DNA of 64,000 nt from contig NC_042998.1 in assembly GCF_006345805.1 (NCBI RefSeq), forward strand, positions 7,812,001-7,876,000. Direction: 5' to 3'. Under the pieces are notes generated by a model that was not told the origin of the DNA, searched no databases, and saw nothing but the letters and a program-made list of their open reading frames with translations. The stretch comes from Octopus sinensis. Its lineage: Eukaryota. Made by a program: the position numbers and the translations under genes. Numbering within the stretch: position 1 is the stretch's first letter; every line of letters starts with the position of its first letter. Below are positions 47,202 to 62,212 of this stretch, one piece after another.

Positions 47202-50200
47202 GTAGGTATGTACATATATGTATGTATATATGCATGTATTTATATATTATTTAAATTATATGATCGAATGCTACGCATCCTTTTCCAAGTAAGTTTTTTT
47301 TCCATATATGTGTATGTACACACACACATATATATATATATATATACAGAGAGAGAGAGAGTGGAGTAGAAAGAGAGAGAACGGTTTGTGGTGATAGTTA
47401 TCTAATTGAATGAAAATTAAAGAGAACATTTATATATGGGTTTTGAGCTCGAGAATACCAGAAATAAAACGGTGTTGAATACAAGTAAAATTGTTTGATA
47501 GACATGATAAACGTCTGTTTAACTATACGCCTGCCGATGCCTTTAAGCAGTGGGGGTGACTTTGCGACCCACCCACCGACACATACACACTGCTTGTAAA
47601 CAGAAGCTTTGTTTATTCCTACTTACGCTATCATCTTTAAGTACTCCACTTGTCAAGGAGATCACAGTTGTTCTACTGCTGCTCTTCAGATGAAATTGTA
47701 CCTTATGCAATTCAGCGTAAAACTGCACTGGTGATGAGAGCAGCGATGATGGAATTTTTTAAGGCTGTCTTTCCAAGTCAGTAACTCTTTATATGAAATC
47801 ATCAAGATTGCTTTCTGCCAATTTACAGTCGAAAATTTTACAAAACAGTCAACAATACGTAGTACTTAGTGTTATGTTAATGGGATTTAGCAAAATTCTA
47901 TGTTTTCATGAATTTATGAGGTGTACGTGTTAAGCAAGTGACAGTTTCTGCTGTTCTGTGTAACTAAAACACTTACATTACGGACGTGTCGAGACAACCA
48001 CTTAAAGCATACAGACACACTCAGTACGTTCGCTTATGATTTATTTGGCCACAGAATTATCTTTTTCTTTTATTTGTCTCAGTCATTAAACTGCAGTCAT
48101 GCTGGGTACCACCTTCAAAGAATTAGTCGAACAAAGCACCCCGGTACTATTTCCAGTTGGCTACGTTTTACCGAATCGCTAGGTTACCGAAACCTAAACG
48201 AACCAAGCGGTAGGGGTGGGTGTGCAAAGAGAAACACAAACACACACGCGTATACATATACCTGCTCAGAAGGCCTTGGTTGGCCCGGGGCTATAATAGA
48301 AGATACCACGCATTGGGTCAGAACCTAGAATCGTGTGTTTCGGAAGCAAACTTCTCACTACAGAGCCAGTGTGTCCATGACTTGCTCATGGAAACAATTC
48401 CACTGGATTTCGGAAAGATATACAGGATATAACAAAAAAAAACGATGGATTTCTTTATAATTTCGACAAACTTTTCGCTGATTCTGTTGACATCTATAAT
48501 CCGATGGTAAGCAACGAAATTCGAAACGATAACTGGCATGATTATTCTTAATCTGTTTTGGGAGATATGAACGCAAATATCCTAATCGCTGTTGCATTTG
48601 TCACTGGAGAACAACTGCTTTACGAGATTTATGTGTTCATAATACATTCGATTCATTAGTACAAGGGATTCCGGGATCAGCGAACAATTCGCTGAAAGTA
48701 TAACAAAGCCATCGTCTCTTGTTCGATTCATTGGTGCGAGTATTTCTAGCTGACAACGTACAACGTGCTCAGAATTCCTGATATATGATATCAATATTAA
48801 TATTGTTGTATAGAAAACCTACATTTATGTTAGCGGGTCAAACTAGTTGCTTATAAATGCTGTTTTGATATTCTTTATTTAACGGCTTTGCGTGTAATTG
48901 TAGCAACAAAACAAGGTTCTGGCCAAGAAAACACATTTAAATATTGCACAGTTTCCTTCTGTGCTATCTATGAGCAATATTTATTATCATGAAGTTTGAA
49001 AAGATTTCGCAAAGATTTCGCAAAGAACAGTGTTTGCTCATTGGACATAAGCTTTATTGGACTGGGGAAAAATCATCTCAGAGTGGAAGACAGTATTGCG
49101 ATATTTATGATTACCATTAATGCCATCATGTGATAAATGTCTGTGCATTAGAACTTGGAAGATTTCGCCATTCAAAAGGTGTTACTAGAGACCAATATAT
49201 CAAACACCTCCCGGAACTTACAAAATAACTTTGTATCTCAATTACATCTATTGTGAACTGCAAACAATGAAAACATCAGCCATTGAACATCTATCGGAAC
49301 CAATTCGCAACTAATTGCCTAACTTCAATATTGAATACATTGTGCCTGGTGTATCTAAATGAAGTGCATCTCCGAATAAATTGTAATACACTTTTAAAAA
49401 AAAAAAAAATTAAAAGTAAAGAACAAAAGAAACGGATGTACATACGAGATTGAAAACAAAAAAAAGTCTATCGATTCGAACTTGAGCATTCACTGTCTCC
49501 TGTATGAAAAACATAACAACACGCACGCACACGCACACACACACACACACACACACAAATACATCTGATTCCCTTTTCGGTTCTATTTTCTATCCGTTAC
49601 GCTTGTCTGAATTACTTTCTCCCCCTTCCTACTATTCTACTACTGTTTTTAATTTTTCTTCATTTTTTGTTCTACTATTCTACCATTCTTTCAGTTTTTC
49701 TTCATTTTTTTTCTCCTCCTCCTCTGAGTTTCAGGGGTTAATTGTTATTGTAGCTGTCATTGTTGTTCAACTCAAGGCCAGCCTTCTTTGATCAGACATA
49801 TGTTTAAAATCATTCCAGCTGCGACCAGCCTATCATTCTTACTGGCGTGGAATATGTAGGACAACCTTATCAAATATATCTATTCATATTTTAAGATGGT
49901 CTGGTATAATCTGAGTGAGATGTGGTTCCAATTCCTAGCTAGTGAAAGGATGGCAGACAGTCTTACATGTAAGCTATGCCAAACGCTTGCGTAATTTGAG
50001 GGAAATTTTAGCCTCTTGTTTACGATAAACATATTATATTATTAGCTTCTACGTACGTTTCACTGCTACGAATAATTAGTTCTCTGAAACTTTAAGCAAT
50101 AAAATGTTTCCTGACGATCCGTTCTGCTTAAACATCCAGATGCACTTGAACGTCAAAATCAGGGTTCCAAACACCATAATGGTGACACGTACGAAGGAAC

Positions 50201-50413
50201 TAATAATATAAACTTGAGTTTATCGTAATTTCTACATTTGCTCTGTATTTGAAGACTAGTAATACTACTAAGTGTAGTAGTTGCGCTTTACTGCCATGAT
50301 AGAAGCAGACTGGGCAATGATAATCAGCGAAGAGCTCAAAACTTAACGGTAGTAGGCGTACTTATTTTTGCATACACGTGAGTGACAGAGACAGGCTCAT
50401 ACATAGATATATA

Positions 50414-50574
50414 GGCGTAGGAGTGGCTGTGTGGTAAGTAGCCTGCTTACGAACCACATGGTTTCGGGTTCATTCCCACTGTGTGGCACCTTGGGCAAGT
50501 ATCTTTTACTATAGCCTCAGGCCGACCAAAGCCTTGTGAGTAGACTTGGTAGGCGGAAACTGAAAGAAGCCCGT

Positions 50575-50613
<39 letters not shown>

Positions 50614-50848
50614 GTATATGTATGTATACGTTTATGTATGTGTTATTGCCCCCCCCCCAACATCGCTTGACAATCGATGCCGGTGTGTTTACGTCCCGTA
50701 ACTTAACGGTTCGGCAAAAGAGACTGATAGAATAAGTACTAAGCTTCCAAAGAATAAGTCCTGGGGGCGATTTGCTCGACTAAAAGGCTGTGCTCCAGCA
50801 TGGCGACAGTCAAATGACTGAAACAAGTAAAAGCGTAAAGAGTAAAGA
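50414..50848 (+). mobile_element. SINE family B
   Basis: Full-length match. Confidence 0.9.
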
Positions 50849-50907
50849 GATGGATAGATAGACAGACAGACAGACAAGCAGACAGGCAGACGGATGGACA
50901 GACAAAC

Positions 50908-50961
<54 letters not shown>

Positions 50962-51286
50962 CTAAAAGCAACGACTCATGATTTTCGACGCAAAAATTGC
51001 GATCTGATCCATTAACAGTGGAGCCATGTCAGTGATGAGGTTGCAGTTGGCGTGGCAAAAATCTTTATATCAAAGAAGAAAGCTTTAAATGAAGTTAACA
51101 GCCTTTTATGCCTTTTTGAACGGCTGACGTGTTTTTCATGCTGTCATTGTTTTAGTTTCAAATCAAATCACGAACCAGACAACTACATCTCCGAAATACA
51201 CACACACACACACACACACAACACACACACACACACACACATGCATGTGTGTGACTTGTATGTTGTATATGTACATAATACATGGT

Positions 51287-51666
51287 GGCACTCCGTCGGT
51301 TACGACGTCGAGAGTTCCAGTCGATCCGATCAACGGAACGGCCTGCTCGTGAAATTAACGTGCAAGTGGCTGAGCACTCCACAGACACCTGTACCCTTAA
51401 CGTAGTTCTCGGGAAGATTCAGCGTGACACAGAGTGTGAGAAGATTGGCCCTTTGAAATACAGGTACAGCAGAAACAGGAAGAAAGAGTGAGAGAAAGTT
51501 GTGGTGAAAGAGTACAGCAGGGTTCACCACCACCCCCTGCCGGAGCCTTGTGGAGCTTTAGGTGTTTTCGCTCAATAAACACTTACGACACCCGGTCTGG
51601 GGATCGAAACCGCGATCTTAAGACCGCGAGTCTGCTGCCCTAAGCACTAGGCCATTGCACCTCCAC
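51287..51666 (-). mobile_element. SINE family C1
   Basis: Match to 25533-25919. Confidence 0.88.
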
Positions 51667-51700
51667 ACATAATACGCACACATACAAACATATACATATA

Positions 51701-51873
51701 GGCGCAGGAGTGGCTGTGTGGTAAGTAGCTTGCTTACCAACCACATAGTCCCGGGTTCAGTCACACTGCGTGGCACCTTGGGCAAGTGTCTTCTACTATA
51801 GCCTCGGGCCGACCAAAGCCTTGTGAGTGGATTTGGTAGACGGAAACTGAAAGAAGCCCGTCGTATATATATT

Positions 51874-51906
<33 letters not shown>

Positions 51907-52113
51907 TTGTGTGTCTGTGTTTGTTCCCCCAACATTGCTTGACAACCGATGCTGGCGTGTTTATGTCCCCGTTACTTAGCGGTTCGGCAAAGGAGACCGA
52001 TAGGATAAGTACTAGGCTTACAAAGAATAAGTGCTGGGGTCGATTTGCTCGACTAAAAAGGCGGTGCTCCAGCATGGCCGCAGTCAAATGACTGAAACAA
52101 GTAAAAGAGTAAA
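51701..52113 (+). mobile_element. SINE family B
   Basis: Full-length match. Confidence 0.9.
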
Positions 52114-52618
52114 GGAGAAAATAAAAGAGAAAATATACTTATGTGTGTGTGTGTGTAATTGCATTTCAATATTCTACATTTCTTAATATCTCTTATATAA
52201 CATTCCTTCCTTGCCTCAAGATGTTCAAATCATTACTCCCTCTCTCCCCCTCTCTCTCCCTCGCTCTCTCTGCATTTCCTTTTTAACTGTGTCTCTTGAC
52301 AAGCTTACATCAGTTTCACTATTACAGTGGATTCTCCTGTTTCTTTCATAAATGGGACACTCCCTAAAAATAGACGAAGAGGTTTCCTGTAAAATTTTAT
52401 CAAAAATTCCTGGAAATGACTCTGCTTTTTGAAATTATTCATTACTTTTACTTATTTATTTATATATATATTTACATATTTAAGTATTTATAGCTTAATT
52501 TATGACAAAATACGCTCCTTTAGTATCGCATTCGTATATTTGCTGTATATGCAGATTATCGGACACTGAAAACCTTGTACACACAGTTTCCGTCACACGC
52601 ACGCAGAAAGACAGGCAC

Positions 52619-52670
<52 letters not shown>

Positions 52671-52722
52671 GGAGAGAGGGAGGAGGGAAGGGAGGGATAG
52701 ATAGATAGATAGATAGATAGAT

Positions 52723-52755
<33 letters not shown>

Positions 52756-53300
52756 TAGATAGATAAATGGATGGATGGCTAGATAGATAGATAGATAAAT
52801 AGATAGATAGGTAGGTAGATCGGTGCCCCAGCACGGCCACAGCTTTGAGCTGAGACTAAAAGATCATTTTTTTAAATACATATATATATACATACATACA
52901 TACTGTGTGTGTACATATATGTACACACATTATATACATTTATATATACATACATGCGCACACATATACACCCATGCACGCCTACACACATACATACAAA
53001 CTGTGTGTGCACATATATGTACACACATTATATATATTTATAAATATGTGTGTATACATACACACACACACACACACACACATACATACATACATACATA
53101 CGAGGAAGGAAGTTACCTTATCACTTTTTCTTAAGCACGTATTAACACTTAAAGGCGCAGACGTGCACAGAAACATGCGCGTACGTTCTCACGCGTACAA
53201 AAATGTCGCTTATCTAAAGCATCTTTCTCTACCACTCATACACGTACAAAGGCACAAACGCACACACACGCACACAGCATACACAGCACACACACACACA

Positions 53301-53338
<38 letters not shown>

Positions 53339-53605
53339 ACACACCTACACACATACACACAGACTCGGATGCGCTCTCACACGAGAGCTCACAGCCACGC
53401 ATATACAATGCAACACTTGGAAATATATTCCCACAGTGAGACCTCTTGCAAAAATCCATTCATTTTGCTGACAACATAAAAAGAGAATGTGTGTGTGTGT
53501 GTGTGTGTGTGTGTGTTGTGTGTGTGTGTGTGATGTGTGCGAGAGAGAGAGAGAGAGAGGGGGATACATGCAGACAGACAGACAGAGATAGTGTATGTGT
53601 GGATG

Positions 53606-53649
<44 letters not shown>

Positions 53650-53684
53650 TATACAAAGACACACACATATATGTATATAGTGAG

Positions 53685-53935
53685 GGTATATGAGCAAGCG
53701 ATTAGGGTCATGGATTCCCGATCGCGAGATCGTGGTTTCGATTCCTAGAACGGGTGGTGCTCTGTGTTCTTCGGTAAGACACTTCATCTCACATTGCTCT
53801 GCGATCACTTCCACGCATCCGCCGTGGCACACAGTGCACATGCTCAGGCAACGTCGATTTGATGGAGAGAATGAGCTAATGGGTAACATGGACATTTGAT
53901 CACTATGAAAAAATTACTTGTACCGGTAGTTCAAT
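53685..53935 (+). mobile_element. CORE-type SINE (family D)
   Basis: GTTTCGATTCC B-box; GTAAGACACTTCATCTCACATTGCTC CORE-like domain. Confidence 0.65.
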
Positions 53936-54324
53936 AAAAGCTGAAAACTCATATCGTCGTCATTCATATATATATATATGCATATATGGGTACGGAGCAT
54001 AAAATCGTGAACAAAAAGAGAAAGGAGAGCATAAAAAAAGCATAGAAAACGAACTTTTTTTTCGAACAACGAAAGAAACAAATGGAGAAACGAAACAGGT
54101 AACATAAAGAACATTCCCTATATCAGTTATCTCCTGTTTTATCTACTCCGCGTTTCGATGTGTGGTGAATTTATGGAAAGAAGTCCCATAAAACTCATCA
54201 ATTTAGATAAAAATAGAGAAGACAAGTTGTTAAAATATATAAGAGAATTTTAGTCCATGCAGGCGATCGTTTCGTATAGAGGTAAAAAAATAATGCAAAT
54301 TTATGACTGAATTGAATTAGATTA

Positions 54325-54852
54325 AACTAGCAGTATCGCCCGGCGTTGCTCGGGTTTGTAAGGGAAATAACTATATAAGCATTTTTAGTGAGTTATAGCA
54401 AAAAAATAGCAAAAAAATGCATTAAAAATGGAATAAAAAATGATGGTAATTTTGGTGTCTTCAAGCCATGAAGTCGTTGTTCTAAAAGAACGCTGGTCTC
54501 CTTAACAATGCTTTACGACGTTGATTTCCTTACACTCCCTTCCCCACAGCTTCACGAGGGAGGGAAGAAGGGGGAGAAGCAACACTGGTGCAGGTGTGAC
54601 CATGGACGCCAACTCCGCCGCCATCGACAGACGAAAAAATATGCGTTAAAATGGAATAAAAAATGATGTTAAATTATTTTTAAAATTGTAGACTCATTGT
54701 AGACGCGCACTAATACCCAGACGGGCTCGATATGAATCACGACTATAAGATACCCGAATTTGGTTAAACTGCACCGTAAAATGTGGGAGTAATTAGGAAT
54801 CTAAATCGTAGGAGACAGACACTCACACAACTACAGTTTTATATATATAGAT
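54325..54852 (+). mobile_element. Non-autonomous Helitron/Helentron-like element
   Basis: Starts AACTAGCAGTATCGCCCGGCGTTGCTCGGG (hairpin), ends CTACAGTTTTATATATATAGAT; no TIR or TSD; same architecture as Lep1/DINE-type elements. Confidence 0.6.
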
Positions 54853-55196
54853 TAATTAAATTAATGTATATATATCAATGTACTATTCAGCGCAGGAATA
54901 ATAAACAAAATATATTTATATTTATGTCTGGGGAGAATCATATTGCCTTAATGCCTTATTATCTAGCACACGCGCCGGTTCGATTTCCACTCATTTATTA
55001 TTTATAGTTTTTCTTCCAAACTTTTCGTTGCTTTTGCAACTTTATCAATGGATGTTTAATCTCCTTGCCGATATTAAAATGTCATACCCGACTAAACCTT
55101 TTAGTATTTAAATTAAGCATATCCTACCAAATATTCTACTGGTTTTTAATGCTCAGACCAGCCAGATCCGGTTTCTCAAGTATATACACACACACA

Positions 55197-55222
55197 CGTG
55201 TGTGTGTGTGTGTATATGTATG

Positions 55223-55254
<32 letters not shown>

Positions 55255-55485
55255 TACATAATATATTATACATATACATATATATACATATACATATACA
55301 TATATACTATACATATATACATATACATATATATATATACATATACATATATACATATATATATACATATATACATATATATATACATATATACATATTA
55401 TATTATACATATATATATATATAATACATATATACATATATATATATACATATACATATACATATATACATATATACATATATAT

Positions 55486-55531
<46 letters not shown>

Positions 55532-56414
55532 ACATATATACATATATTATATATATATACATATACATATATATACATATACATATATATACATATACAT
55601 AATATATACATATATAACATATATATATATCATATATACATATACATATATATATACATATACATACATATACATATAACATATACATATATACATATAC
55701 ATATATACATATACATATATATATACATATTACATATATATATACATAACATATATATATATACATATATATATTACATATACATATACCTATATATATA
55801 TACATATATATATAATAACATATATATATATACATATATACATATACACATATATATACATATATATACCTATATATATACATATAGATATATACATATA
55901 TATATATACATATATACTATATACATATATACATATACATATATACATATATATATATATACATATATAGATATACATATATATATACATATATAGATAC
56001 ATATATATATAACATATATATACATATACATATATATATACATATAATATACATATATTACATATATATTATACATATATCTATATACATATATATACAT
56101 ACATATATAACATATACATATATACTATATATATATAACATATATACATATACATATATACATACATATATATACATATATATACATATATATATACATA
56201 TATTATATACATATATATATATACATATATATATATACATATATATATATAATATATATATATACATACATATATATACATATATATATATACATACATA
56301 TATATACATATATATACCATATATATACATATATATATATACATACATATATATAACATACATAGATATATATATACATATATATATATACATATATTAC
56401 ATATATATATATAC

Positions 56415-56447
<33 letters not shown>

Positions 56448-57182
56448 CAATATATATATATATATCTACATATATATATACATACATATACATACATATA
56501 TATACATATACCTATATATATACATATACATACATATATATCATATATATACATATATATATATACATATATATATACATATATATATATACATATCATA
56601 TATATACATATATATATATACATATATATTATATATATATATACTATACATATATATATATACATATATATATATATACATATATATATACATATATATA
56701 TACATACATATACTATATATACATATATATATATACATATATATATATACATATAATATATACATATATATATATACATATATATATATACATATATATA
56801 TATCCATATATATATATACATATATATATATACATATATATATTACATATATATATATACATATATATATATACTATATTATATACATATACATATATAT
56901 AACATATATATACATACATATATACATATTATATATACATATATATATATACTATATATATATACATATATATATACCATATATATATATACATATATAT
57001 ACATATATATATATACATATAATATATATACATATATATACATATATATATATATACATATATATATATATCTATATACATATATATATATACATATATA
57101 TATATCATATATATATATACATATATATACATATATATATATATATTATATACATATATATATATACATATATATACATATA

Positions 57183-57244
<62 letters not shown>

Positions 57245-57245
57245 C

Positions 57246-57298
<53 letters not shown>
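55197..57298. repeat. ~2.1-kb degenerate (TA)/(CATA) array
   Basis: Direct reading; the + strand is almost free of G. Confidence 0.95.
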
Positions 57299-57299
<1 letters not shown>

Positions 57300-57516
57300 G
57301 AGCGGGGTACTGAAAAGTTCGGGACTTTGGTTAAGAAAAATAGGAGGATTCGTTAATTATGATTTTATTCAACATATCCCCTTCCCAGATTCACACGCTT
57401 ATTGCAGCAGTCCTTCAGTTTTTCTAAGCCCTGTAAAAGAACTCGGATGCTTGGGCCTCCAACCAGGCCCTTCGCGATACTCTTAAAGCCAGGAACTTTT
57501 CTGCACCACACCCCGT
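57297..57516. mobile_element. Mariner-derived MITE, second copy, opposite orientation to 16709-16930
   Basis: TACGAGCGGGGTACTGAAAAGTTC / AAAGCCAGGAACTTTTCTGCACC; internal sequence is the reverse complement of copy 1. Confidence 0.8.
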
Positions 57517-57695
57517 TTATATATAAGTAACTTTATGAGTCCTAGGACTTAAATAGACAATAAAAGAATATATTTAAGAAAGATAAAGAAAAAGAAAACA
57601 AGCTAGTTATATAACGATTTGATAGCAAAAGGATTTATTTAAAAGCCAGGCCTAAGGCTAGTTGTCTCGATTTTTTTTCTGTTAGTGTAATCCCT

Positions 57696-58079
57696 TACTC
57701 TTTTACTTGTTTCATTCATTTGGCTGTGGCTATGCTGGAGCACCGCCTTTAGTCGAGCAAATTGACATGAAGACTTGTTTTTTGGAAGCCTTGTACTCAT
57801 TCTATCGGTCTCTTTTTGTGGAACTGCTAAGTTACAGGGGGAAAACACACCAGCATCGGTTGTCAAGCGATTTTGGGGGACAAACACACACACACACATA
57901 TATATATATATACATATATACGACGGTCTTTTTTCAGTTTCCGTCTACCAAATTCACTCACAAGGCTTTGGTCGGCCCGAGGCTATTGAAGAAGACACTT
58001 GCCCAAGGTGCCACGCAGTGGGACTGAACCCGGAACCATGTGGTTGGTAAGCAAGCTACTTACCACATATCCACTCCTG
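57696..58079 (-). mobile_element. SINE family B
   Basis: Full-length match. Confidence 0.88.
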
Positions 58080-58099
58080 AGCCTTGTAGCAATTATGTC

Positions 58100-59400
58100 C
58101 AGCTATTATTTACTTTGTTGCTTCTGGGCATCTTTCTGCGTCATCTAAAACCTGGGAAGCCTGATACGAAATCTGGTTGTTAAAATTCATGCGGATTATA
58201 TTTTCACCGTCATCAGCGCGATATTGTACAATCTACTTGAGATTTGTTTATTTATTTCGCCCAATCCAAACTAGTGTGCCTGCGTAACAAATCTTCTTCT
58301 GAACATTTTGCATTGGCTTCTTAAACCCTTGAAAAGTTGCAATGTAGTCTGGATAGGTTTTACTCGTACCAACAGTCATTACAGCTTTTTTCACTGTTTA
58401 CTATAAATCTATCAAATTTTCAATAGAATTCGTGATACAATAACCATAAAAAGAAATACTTTTATGGTCAGTTAGTTTAACCATTTAAGTATGTAATCAC
58501 TTAATCTACGCAATAAAAAGTAGGTTTTGAATGTAGTGATTACACTCTGGTCTATTCTTTGAATCACATTGGTTGGGTTTGAAGACATTATCTCAAAGAT
58601 CATTCAAATTAAGTCGATGACTTAGAACGTTGTTCACAAGAAGTCAGGCAAGTTCTGTCATTCTATAGCTGGGCAGATACTCGAAATAAACAAATCGTTA
58701 AGCACTTTTCTGTGGAATTACGCCTGTATATATGATCGCCATAAACATGAGATTTCATTGCTATTTGTGACTTGCAATGGTCAGCAACCAGTGAGTTGAC
58801 CTTTAAATTTCCTGAGGCATTACAACCAAATACAAGAGTCATACGATCTTTAATAACCTTAAACTCTGTTGGAGTTTCTTTCGTCTTTGGTAATACGAGT
58901 CCATTTTGGTATTCGCTTCCAAGTAGACCTGTATCGTATATGCTAAGAATTTTTTTGCAATATGTATCTCCTCTCTTTCTCTCTAGTTTCAGCTCAGAGC
59001 TGCGGCCATGCTGATGCACCGCCGTCAATAATATCTTTCTTTGGATCATCAAATAAATACTCGTACATTTAAAGATTTTATATTCATGGCAAGTAACGAA
59101 CAAGGAAAGCTACGATGACGTTCTTTGTAAGGGTTCTATTCCGAATTGATACTATAGCAGCTGAACGTGCTACACTTCTCACACAGATTTTTAACTTTTC
59201 GTTACTGCTGTGAATTGTCCGTATAATTGTTAGTTACTGACTGAAGATCTGCTCAATATCTGCAGTTCATTATCAGTCGTTAAATTTCCGTAAATCTTCA
59301 ATTTCGTGTCAAATGTTACACTTTCTTAGCTGCTTTTTTTCTTTTCTATTTGTGATTACATTGTTTGTGCGTGCGTGTGTGCACAACCGCTGAAAGCAAG
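58100..59400 (-). pseudogene. Decayed pogo/Tigger (CENP-B/DDE_1) transposase
   Basis: AAKKSVTFDTKLKI (psq-HTH-like), IYDTGLL, FKVIKDRMTLVFGCNASGNLK, LLVNNVLSH, TNVIQRIDQSVITTFKTY. Stops and frameshifts; interrupted by a short LINE/SINE tail at 58983-59026. Confidence 0.85.
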
Positions 59401-59949
59401 CGACAGATACACATCAAAGAATAAATATTTGCAGAGCGAAACTTGTAAAGGACGTCGTCTGCCACCACTCAGCTCAAAAGTAAACTGAAAAGCCGGCAAG
59501 TTTTGAATTAGTTACGCTACTTAGTATTTCACCACGCGACGGCTTTGTTTAAATTTGCAAACATTTTTTTTATTCATTTGTCCCAGTTTCCCATGTTGAA
59601 AACAGCAGAAACGCAACCTGCGAGTAGTATAACAACATGAAAATATTTGGCGCACAACGTATCGCAGAAATGGGACACAAAAGAGTATAAATACTGCTTT
59701 AGAATTGAATTAATTTGTATATTGTAAATGCAATTTCATTTACTTTTTAGTGTTTATTTTTATATATTTTATTTCGTAACTTTACGCCGCTACAGTGCAA
59801 TAAAATAGAGGAGAGCTCTATGAGGATTGCACTTTATCGTAGATGATGATCCTGAAGGAACAGAACATGAAATCTTTACACAACATTATTTCTTTGTTAC
59901 TGAAGAGAAAACGTATCAAGGTCTTTCTCTCGCTGATCCTGTCTCCACC

Positions 59950-60090
59950 TCATAACCCAACGAACTTTTCTTGGATTTTCTACACCTTCTAGAGCGTAGG
60001 CTTGAAACGTTGAAGACTTTTTCGCTTTCCGAGCGTTAAACTATTACATCTGTTTGTTGTCTACACTGCCTGTTTTCGACTTTTGTTTTT
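59950..60090 (+). mobile_element. Diverged relative of hammerhead family 2 with the core deleted
   Basis: CTTC-T-A-GAGC(GTAG)GCTT-GAAACGTT-GAAG, plus downstream TTTCCGAGCGT similarity. Confidence 0.55.
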
Positions 60091-60560
60091 TGGGGAATTC
60101 TCCCCATACACACACATACATACATACATACATACATACATTGTGTGTGTGTATGTATGTGTGTGTGTGCGTGTGAGTGTGTGTGTGCATACATATATAC
60201 ACACATGCACACACACACGTTCTTTTAATTGCGTAAAGATTTTAATAGAACAGATCGGCTCCAGTACTTATTTTTTTAAAAGTCTGGTGCTTATTCAATC
60301 GGTTTCTTTGCCGAAACGTTAAGTTACAGGGGCGTACACGTACACACACACACACACACACACACGTTAAATATGCATAGGAGAAGTTGCTTGGCCTAGT
60401 GGTTAGGGTATTTCACTTAATATCGCAAGATTGTGCCTCCGTTATCCAGACTGAGCGGTCCGTTGTTTTTCTTGGTCAAAACCATTTCTCTTCCCGTTGC
60501 TTGCTCCAACTCATTCAGCAGTAAAGGAATTCTCTTATGGCAGACTGGAATCCCAAATAG

Positions 60561-60945
60561 TCTCTTTTACTTGTTTCAGTCATTTGATTGCGGCCATGCT
60601 GGAGCACCGCCTTTAGTCGAGCAACTCGACCCCGGGACTTATTCTTTTGTAAGCCCAGTACTTATTCTATCGCTCTCTTTTGCCGAACCGCTAAGTAATG
60701 GAGACGTAAACACACCAGCATCGGTTGTCAAGCAATGCTGGGGGGACAAACACAGACATACACATATATATATATATATATATACGACAGGCTTCTTTCA
60801 GTTTCCGTCTACCAAATCCACTCGCAAGGCATTGGTTGGCCCGGGGCTATAGCAGAAGACACTTGCCCAAGATGCCACGCAGTGGGACTGAACCCGGGAC
60901 CATGTGGTTGGTTAGCAAGCTACTTACCACACAGCCACTCCTGCG
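60561..60945 (-). mobile_element. SINE family B
   Basis: Full-length match. Confidence 0.9.
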
Positions 60946-61749
60946 ACTATATACATATATTATATACAATGTGGGTATTTATGTATGTATAAATGTGTCT
61001 GTGCGTGTCTGTCAGTATTAGTGCCGACATGCTATCTTAAAGATATCGTCTCTACCACAAATATATATTTTCATATATAGAGATTTAATGTGTTCATATT
61101 AATTAAAGAAATTTGGTTTGATATTTCTAGCTTGAGTATAGTTACAATGAATTCTTTCCGTTCCTATTTCACTTAATTAAGAGCTATATTTTCTATTTTG
61201 AATAAGGTAGGATGTGATTTGTATGCAATTTGACAGCTGCTCTTAGCAAATTCACTTACTACACTGAATGTAGGCCAGTTATTACCCTTTAGCCCCGGGT
61301 CAAGTTTGATGTTACTAACGTATGACAAAATGATTCCTTGCTGTGAGCATCCTATCTTGCGCTGTTCAACATATTCTTCATTGTTTTAAAATTGCGAAGT
61401 GTACGATTTAGGGGAGATGTAGCTACTGTTGTTGTTTGTTGTAGTTCGTGTGACCGTTCAAAGGCTGTGTTTGGTCATCTCTTAGATGTTCTCTTATTAT
61501 TTAGAAGGACGTTTTAGCTAGCTAGAGCACACAAATGAAAAATTTTCCAATCGTGACCACCCTGTATGTCAATGATTCTAGGGCGTGTGTTTGGGGATTG
61601 ACATTAATTTTTGTCTATGATGATCTTTTTAAGGCATCTTACTTGAATTCATTTCTGTCTATATCACTGGTTCTCATCCGGGGTCCATCCGATTCTCGGG
61701 AGTCCATATAAGATTTTGCAGTTGAAATTAGTGAGCATTAAATTGCTTA

Positions 61750-62137
61750 TACTCTTTTACTTGTTTCAGTCATTTGACTGTGGCTATGCTGGAGCACCGC
61801 CTTTTAGTCGAGCAAATCTACCCAAGCACTTATTTATTGTAAGCCTAGCACTTATTCTATCAGTCTCTTTTGCCGAACCGCTAAGTTACGGGGACGTAAA
61901 CACACCAGCATCGGTTGTCAAGCGATGTTGGGGGGACACAGACACACAAACATATACACACATACACATATATACGATGTACTTCTTTCAGTTTCCGTCT
62001 ACCAAGTCCGCTCACAAGGCTTTGGTCGGCCCGAGGCTATTGGAGAAGACACTTGCTCAAGGTGCCACGCTGTGGGACTGAACCAGGAACCATGTGGTTG
62101 GTAAACAAGCTACTTAGCACACAGCCACTCCTACACC
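61750..62137 (-). mobile_element. SINE family B
   Basis: Full-length match. Confidence 0.9.
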
Positions 62138-62212
62138 TATACTTTTACAATGCATAAGACAATCTAACGATTTTTAATACGATTTCTAATAATATTTAAT
62201 TATAAAAATATA

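Noticed and set aside
55065-57261. Many long ORFs (YI/MY repeats); similar ORFs at 2645-2975, 8342-8873, 19796-20478 and 52905-53711
   Set aside because: Translations of microsatellites with no protein-like complexity
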